64,000 nt of DNA from NCBI GenBank assembly GCA_049521795.1, contig JBEKOM010000008.1, forward strand, positions 19,702 to 83,701. The letters are read 5' to 3'. A program made the translations under genes and the position numbers. Every line of letters starts with the position of its first letter. Position 1 is the stretch's first letter. The notes beneath the pieces are model-generated. The model was not told the DNA's origin, did not search any database, and saw nothing but the letters and a program-made list of their open reading frames with translations. Positions 59,522 through 64,000 of this stretch are shown one piece after another. The stretch is from Candidatus Bathyarchaeia archaeon (GTDB lineage: Archaea; Thermoproteota; Bathyarchaeia; Bathyarchaeales; Bathycorpusculaceae).

Positions 59522-60637
59522 ATGAGAATCCGTGAGGCCGTTACGAGACACAGATCGTTGGTGGAGATATGCAACTTCTTCACTTCCACAAGGTTGCTAG
59601 TTCTTCTCGTTGGCTGGCTGTCAAGTCTTGTAATCATAAAATCAGAATTCTACCATAATCCTCAATCCATAGTTGACCTGTTTTTCAGATGGGACTCAGG
59701 ATGGTATCTTTCAATTGTCCAAAATGGCTACTCTTATGTGCCTGGAAAACCGTCAAACGTGGCGTTCTTCCCTCTTTATCCCTCGCTCGTGAAGATTTTC
59801 TCGTTTGGCTTTGCAGATGTGAGGATAACAGGAATCGTTCTGTCTAACGTTGCTCTGCTGTTAGCGATGATTTACTTATTCAGACTGGTCAAACTGGACT
59901 ACCAAAATACGAAGATGCCTTTGAACTCTGTTATCTTTGCCCTGATATTTCCGGCTTCTTTCTTCTTTTCGATATTTTACGCTGAAAGTCTTTTCCTTTT
60001 CCTAACTGTCGCGTGCTTCTACTATGCGAGAAAAAATCGTTGGTTTCTTTCATCACTGTTCGGATTTTTTGCCGCGTTAACGAGAGCTTTGGGCGTTTTC
60101 ATATTCATACCAATATTGATCGAATACTTGGCCCCAACTTCATTCAAGGACCTCAAACTCGGCAAGATCAAGAAGGACATACTTTGCTTGCTGTTAATTC
60201 CCGCGGGCTTGCTCACTTACATGACCTATCTGTACATCAGATTTAATGAACCTTTGGCGTTTCTGAAAGCAGAAACCGCATGGAGCAGAGTATTTGCACC
60301 AGGACTTTTGACGTTACAAAGCCTTTTTTCTTACGATCCCTTTTACAGATTCACCTTTCTGGGTTTTGTGGCATTGTCCATTCTCATGCTGGTCTTCCTG
60401 ATCTATTCCAAGGTTAGAATAAGCTACATCGTGTACACTGCTGTCGAATTATTCTTCATCCTTTCTTCGAGTCTACTGGAGAGTTTACCAAGGTACGTCG
60501 GCGTTTTGTTTCCAATGTACATCGGTTTTGCAATAATGGCGAGAAACAGATTCTGGGAAGAGACTCTCAAAATGCTCTCCGTGAGCCTTTTGACGTTGTT
60601 TGTGATCTTGTTTGTGAACGGCTACTGGCTGACTTGA
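59522..60637 (+). CDS. GT-C fold mannosyltransferase (PIG-V-like)
   Basis: RWDSGWYLSI..GY, AFFPLYP, YAESLFL, TR..G; multi-TM. Confidence 0.88.
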   Translation: MRIREAVTRHRSLVEICNFFTSTRLLVLLVGWLSSLVIIKSEFYHNPQSIVDLFFRWDSGWYLSIVQNGYSYVPGKPSNVAFFPLYPSLVKIFSFGFADVRITGIVLSNVALLLAMIYLFRLVKLDYQNTKMPLNSVIFALIFPASFFFSIFYAESLFLFLTVACFYYARKNRWFLSSLFGFFAALTRALGVFIFIPILIEYLAPTSFKDLKLGKIKKDILCLLLIPAGLLTYMTYLYIRFNEPLAFLKAETAWSRVFAPGLLTLQSLFSYDPFYRFTFLGFVALSILMLVFLIYSKVRISYIVYTAVELFFILSSSLLESLPRYVGVLFPMYIGFAIMARNRFWEETLKMLSVSLLTLFVILFVNGYWLT

Positions 60638-60726
60638 GCAGGCTGCCTCTACTTTAGACTTTATAGACATCCTGGTAGTGTGCAGAGAAACACGGATTTT
60701 ATTGGTTTTTCTGAGGTTTCTGCTTC

Positions 60727-61467
60727 TCAGTTTCCTCGGTTTTCTCGGTTTTGAGTGTCTCCGTTTGCCATCTCTGCGCAGAGCTTCAGAAAGCCTTTCC
60801 CATGAATGTATATGTCTTTTGTCAGTCTCTTCAACGGTGTTCTGGTTCCGCGCTTTTCTATCCATTCAACTGGAAACTCGGCCAATTTGTAACCCTCACG
60901 CACGCTTCGTACGATGATCTCTGTGTCCCAAAACCAATCTGCGCTGTTGCAACGGCTCAAGACGTCTCCCACGACCTTACTTGAAAACGCCTTAAACCCC
61001 AGTTGGTGATCATTCACGTGTGTTCTAAAGACTGCTCGAATCAGCATATTGTACGTTCTTGATACAAGACCTCGCAATGCAGGGCGTTGCACAATGGCCC
61101 CACTCATATACCTAGAGCCAGTGGCGAGGTCACAGCCATTTCTTATTGCCCCTATCAGCTGCGGATAATATTTCATGTCAGTGGCCAAATCGCAGTCAAC
61201 AAAGGCGTAGATATCTCCGTTAACCTTTTTCCAAGCGTTCTTGAGAGCCAAACCTCTCCCCAATTTCCTATCCGCGTGAACATGAATGATGCGTGGGTTG
61301 TTCCTTGCCAAGCGCTCGGCAATCTCGTTAGAGCCGTCAGTGCTTCCATCTTCAGCTATGACTATGCGGTAATCGTCGCCCAGAGCAAGAGTTTCCTGCA
61401 TCAGTGTTCTGACGGCGCTTTCAAGGAACTTTGCCTCATCGTGGGCTGGAATCGTGGCTATTATCAA
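60727..61467 (-). CDS. GT2 glycosyltransferase (dolichyl-phosphate hexose synthase-like)
   Basis: IPAHDE, EDGSTDG, G.G.AL, DCDL, GSR, DHQLGFKAF, WFWDTE. Confidence 0.9.
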   Translation of the reverse strand: MIIATIPAHDEAKFLESAVRTLMQETLALGDDYRIVIAEDGSTDGSNEIAERLARNNPRIIHVHADRKLGRGLALKNAWKKVNGDIYAFVDCDLATDMKYYPQLIGAIRNGCDLATGSRYMSGAIVQRPALRGLVSRTYNMLIRAVFRTHVNDHQLGFKAFSSKVVGDVLSRCNSADWFWDTEIIVRSVREGYKLAEFPVEWIEKRGTRTPLKRLTKDIYIHGKGFLKLCAEMANGDTQNRENRGN

Positions 61468-61662
61468 TTAGCCGCACCTGCAGGCCATGTAGAGCACGCA
61501 ACTTCAAATGTTATCGCCACTGCGAAGGCTCTCAAGCTGCAAAACGGGCTTAAACAGGGAATTGGGATGCTGGCCATGCTTGTCTTGTATGCTCGGCTAA
61601 TCTAATAAACCGAACGCGAGCGCGCTATTTGGGTCTCAATAATGTAAGGAGAAAGAATCTGC

Positions 61663-61848
61663 TCAGCGCGGGGTTGTGCTATATGCTTTAGCATCATAAT
61701 GAGGGTTCTTAGTCCCGCATGTTCCGCAGAATTTCTCCGTTATAGTTACAGGTTTCTTGCAATTTCCGCAATCATACAGTAATTGCTTACCACAATCAGT
61801 GCAGAATTTCTTCTCCAAGTTATCCTTTCCACATGAGCACCGAACCAT
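61663..61848 (-). CDS. Double zinc-ribbon microprotein
   Basis: CSCG, FCTDCG, CGNC, FCGTCG. Confidence 0.8.
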   Translation of the reverse strand: MVRCSCGKDNLEKKFCTDCGKQLLYDCGNCKKPVTITEKFCGTCGTKNPHYDAKAYSTTPR

Positions 61849-62008
61849 AGCTTACAACCCTATTCTTAGTATCTGCTCCGCGTTCTTAAGTCATTCTGCA
61901 ATAGTCAACTAATGCTAGGACTCAATGGAGAATCATCAACAAAAACTACTCGGAAAAGTCAGGTCGCAGCTACCTTTGCGTTCCTCCGTGCTCTGCCAAA
62001 AGAAGCAA

Positions 62009-62188
62009 TCAAGAGTCCCGCACTTCCTTTTTCCTCGCTTCCCAGTATTCTTTTGCTTCCCCGTATTCCTTTTCTTTTTTGGCTGCTCCCGATTTGCGCC
62101 TACATTCTGGACATAAGCACGTGCCTATGTGTTGCACGTACCTGGTGTAGAACATCTTCCCGCAATTCTCGCATCGGTGATCGCCCAT
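62009..62188 (-). CDS. Small Zn-finger protein
   Basis: CENCGK...CPEC followed by a charged helix. Confidence 0.65.
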   Translation of the reverse strand: MGDHRCENCGKMFYTRYVQHIGTCLCPECRRKSGAAKKEKEYGEAKEYWEARKKEVRDS

Positions 62189-62430
62189 GATTTCGCCTTC
62201 GGCGTAATGGTTATCTTCCAAGGATTTAACATGTTCTGCATTAGTCCACTAATGCAAGACAATAGGTTCTTGAGAAAGCGCGGTCTTAAGGAAATCGGTT
62301 AGTTAGGGCGCGTGTGACTCACTGTTAAATATTTTTACTCCCCATTCTCGAGCGCGTGCGAGTTTACCGTTTCTTTCTTAATTCGGGATTCTTTCGCCAA
62401 TGGACAGATGGGTCTTCTGGCTTTTTGGGT

Positions 62431-62904
62431 CTATTGTGGTTCAAAAAAAGATTTGCGCTTAACATCGTTGTTTCGATCAGACCCAGATTTCCGTGATCTA
62501 TCTTGGTCAAATTCCATCCAATTGCTGATATGTTCAGCAGTTTCCTTTTTCAGATGCTTTCTGATCATCTCCAGCAATTTCTGCATGTCGAAAGGTTTCA
62601 AAATGTATCCATCGGCACCCTCGTTAACTGTCTCCATAGCATTCTCTAATGTCGGAAAACCCGTGATGATTATCTTGACCATGTGGGGCTGGTTTTTCTT
62701 CAGTCTTTGGAGGAGCTCAGTTCCCTCCATGTCAGGTAGCTTAATGTCAATCAGGGCTATGTCAAAACGTGATTTTTCGAGGATCTTGGTTGCTTGTTTG
62801 CCATTCTCCACTGTTTCAACTGAGTATCCCTCCTTGGATAGTATCATAGAAAGGCTCTTTCTAACGTCTGCGTCGTCGTCCACAACTAGGATGCTTTCAT
62901 TCAA
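62431..62904 (-). CDS. Response regulator receiver protein
   Basis: ILVVDDD, DIKLPDMEG, ITG, YILKPF. Confidence 0.92.
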   Translation of the reverse strand: MNESILVVDDDADVRKSLSMILSKEGYSVETVENGKQATKILEKSRFDIALIDIKLPDMEGTELLQRLKKNQPHMVKIIITGFPTLENAMETVNEGADGYILKPFDMQKLLEMIRKHLKKETAEHISNWMEFDQDRSRKSGSDRNNDVKRKSFFEPQ

Positions 62905-63373
62905 TCACATCATCTCCGCTTTCTCATGTGGGGCAACATCACATTTTGCTGTTGACGTCATAAGTTTTTTATGAAGCAGAAATATGAACTTGCGCGCGCT
63001 ATTGGACTAATGGTTATTTCCAAGGACCACAAAGTGGAAGTTGCAGAAGAAGCAGAAGGCAAGAACTTAGTCTATCTAGAACCACGAAAATGGTAAGAAA
63101 AATATAACAAAGAATCTCAGCGAACAAACCCTCAACATCAGAAATATTAAATCTGCACAGGAACAGAAGACGCGCGCGCTACGGCGGCATGCCACCAGAG
63201 TATTAGGGCGCGCCAACAACTACTAGAAGCAACATTATTTCTTTAAAAGAAATTCGGTTTTCTCCAAATTGTTATCCAGTGTACATTTTCCTTCTATCCC
63301 TAATAGGGCGAACCTTTTTAGTCTCTCAGCACGCGCTAGTTTTCATGGGGAGCCCTTGTCAGGGGGGTTGGGT

Positions 63374-64000
63374 TCAGAATTTTACTCGCTTGTAAAAGAT
63401 TCTTTTTGCCACTTCGCCCAGGATGATGTAGAGTAACACGATTATCGCCATCAAAAGAAGAACTAAGAGGGGTGGCTGAGCAAATCCGAATAGGTTGCCG
63501 AGCGGAGTGAAGGGGAAGATAAGCGTGGCACCAACAATAGCTATTGTGGTTAGCAGCAGATATTTCCCAGGAAAACTTTTGAAGAAAGGTCTCCTGCTTC
63601 GAATAACGAGCACAATCAAACTTGCTGAAATAACCGACTCTACGAACCAGCCGGTTCTAAATAGGGTCATCGGGCTTTTCAAGACAAGAAGAAGTACTCC
63701 AAAGGCGAGATAATCAAACACCGAACTTAGAATCCCGAAAACCACCATGAAATTGCGGATGAAGGTGATGTTCCAGCGACGGGGCTGTTCAACCATTTCA
63801 CTATCCACATTGTCCGTGGCGATGGTTGTCTCTGGGAAATCTGTCATCAGGTTGGTGAGCAATATCTGTCTGGGAAGGAGGGGAAGAAATGACAGAAAGA
63901 GTGATGCTCCTGCCATGCTGAACATGTTTCCGAAATTGGCGCTCGTTGCCATGAACACGTACTTGAGAGTGTTGGCAAAGGTTTTCCTTCCCTCTTTCAC
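63374..64000 (-). CDS. mgtA: Mg2+-transporting P-type ATPase, C-terminal part (runs off the window)
   Basis: EGRKTFANTLKY, SANFGNMFS, QILLTNL, TDNVD, SSVFD, TGWFVES. Confidence 0.9.
   Translation of the reverse strand: MKEGRKTFANTLKYVFMATSANFGNMFSMAGASLFLSFLPLLPRQILLTNLMTDFPETTIATDNVDSEMVEQPRRWNITFIRNFMVVFGILSSVFDYLAFGVLLLVLKSPMTLFRTGWFVESVISASLIVLVIRSRRPFFKSFPGKYLLLTTIAIVGATLIFPFTPLGNLFGFAQPPLLVLLLMAIIVLLYIILGEVAKRIFYKRVKF

Noticed and set aside
199-63713. Numerous 60-250 aa ORFs antisense to or overlapping well-supported genes (e.g. 199-489, 17246-17731, 30052-30810, 62408-62974)
   Set aside because: Shadow ORFs of real genes, with no motifs or independent start signals.

Overview
Archaeal chromosomal segment. 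Gene content and style (L14e-cbf5, NucS, Nre, dockerin- and VPEF-tailed surface proteins, BHB-type introns) suggest Bathyarchaeia; this is an inference, as no marker search was run. Most of the window is housekeeping, transport and cell-surface genes. The main accessory feature is a ~12.1 kb integrative element (32353-44479) inserted in tRNA-Ser(GGA), bounded by an 18-bp direct repeat and led by a regulator plus a tyrosine integrase. Its AT-richer right half carries a tightly coupled six-gene operon. The first three genes look like the complete Thermoplasma-type lower mevalonate route: mevalonate-3-kinase, mevalonate-3-phosphate-5-kinase and mevalonate-3,5-bisphosphate decarboxylase. They are followed by two membrane proteins and an HEXXH protein, and are faced by an aconitase-X/phosphomevalonate-dehydratase small-subunit homologue that lacks the catalytic GST motif. 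Other notable signals: a 22-nt bulge-helix-bulge mRNA intron splitting the catalytic Asp codon of cbf5, two intron-containing tRNAs, a tRNA-like cloverleaf, a collapsed DNA-methyltransferase remnant, palindromic sites flanking both att cores and repeated inside the island, and pervasive intergenic (CG)n runs. All family assignments come from motif recognition by eye, not database searches.
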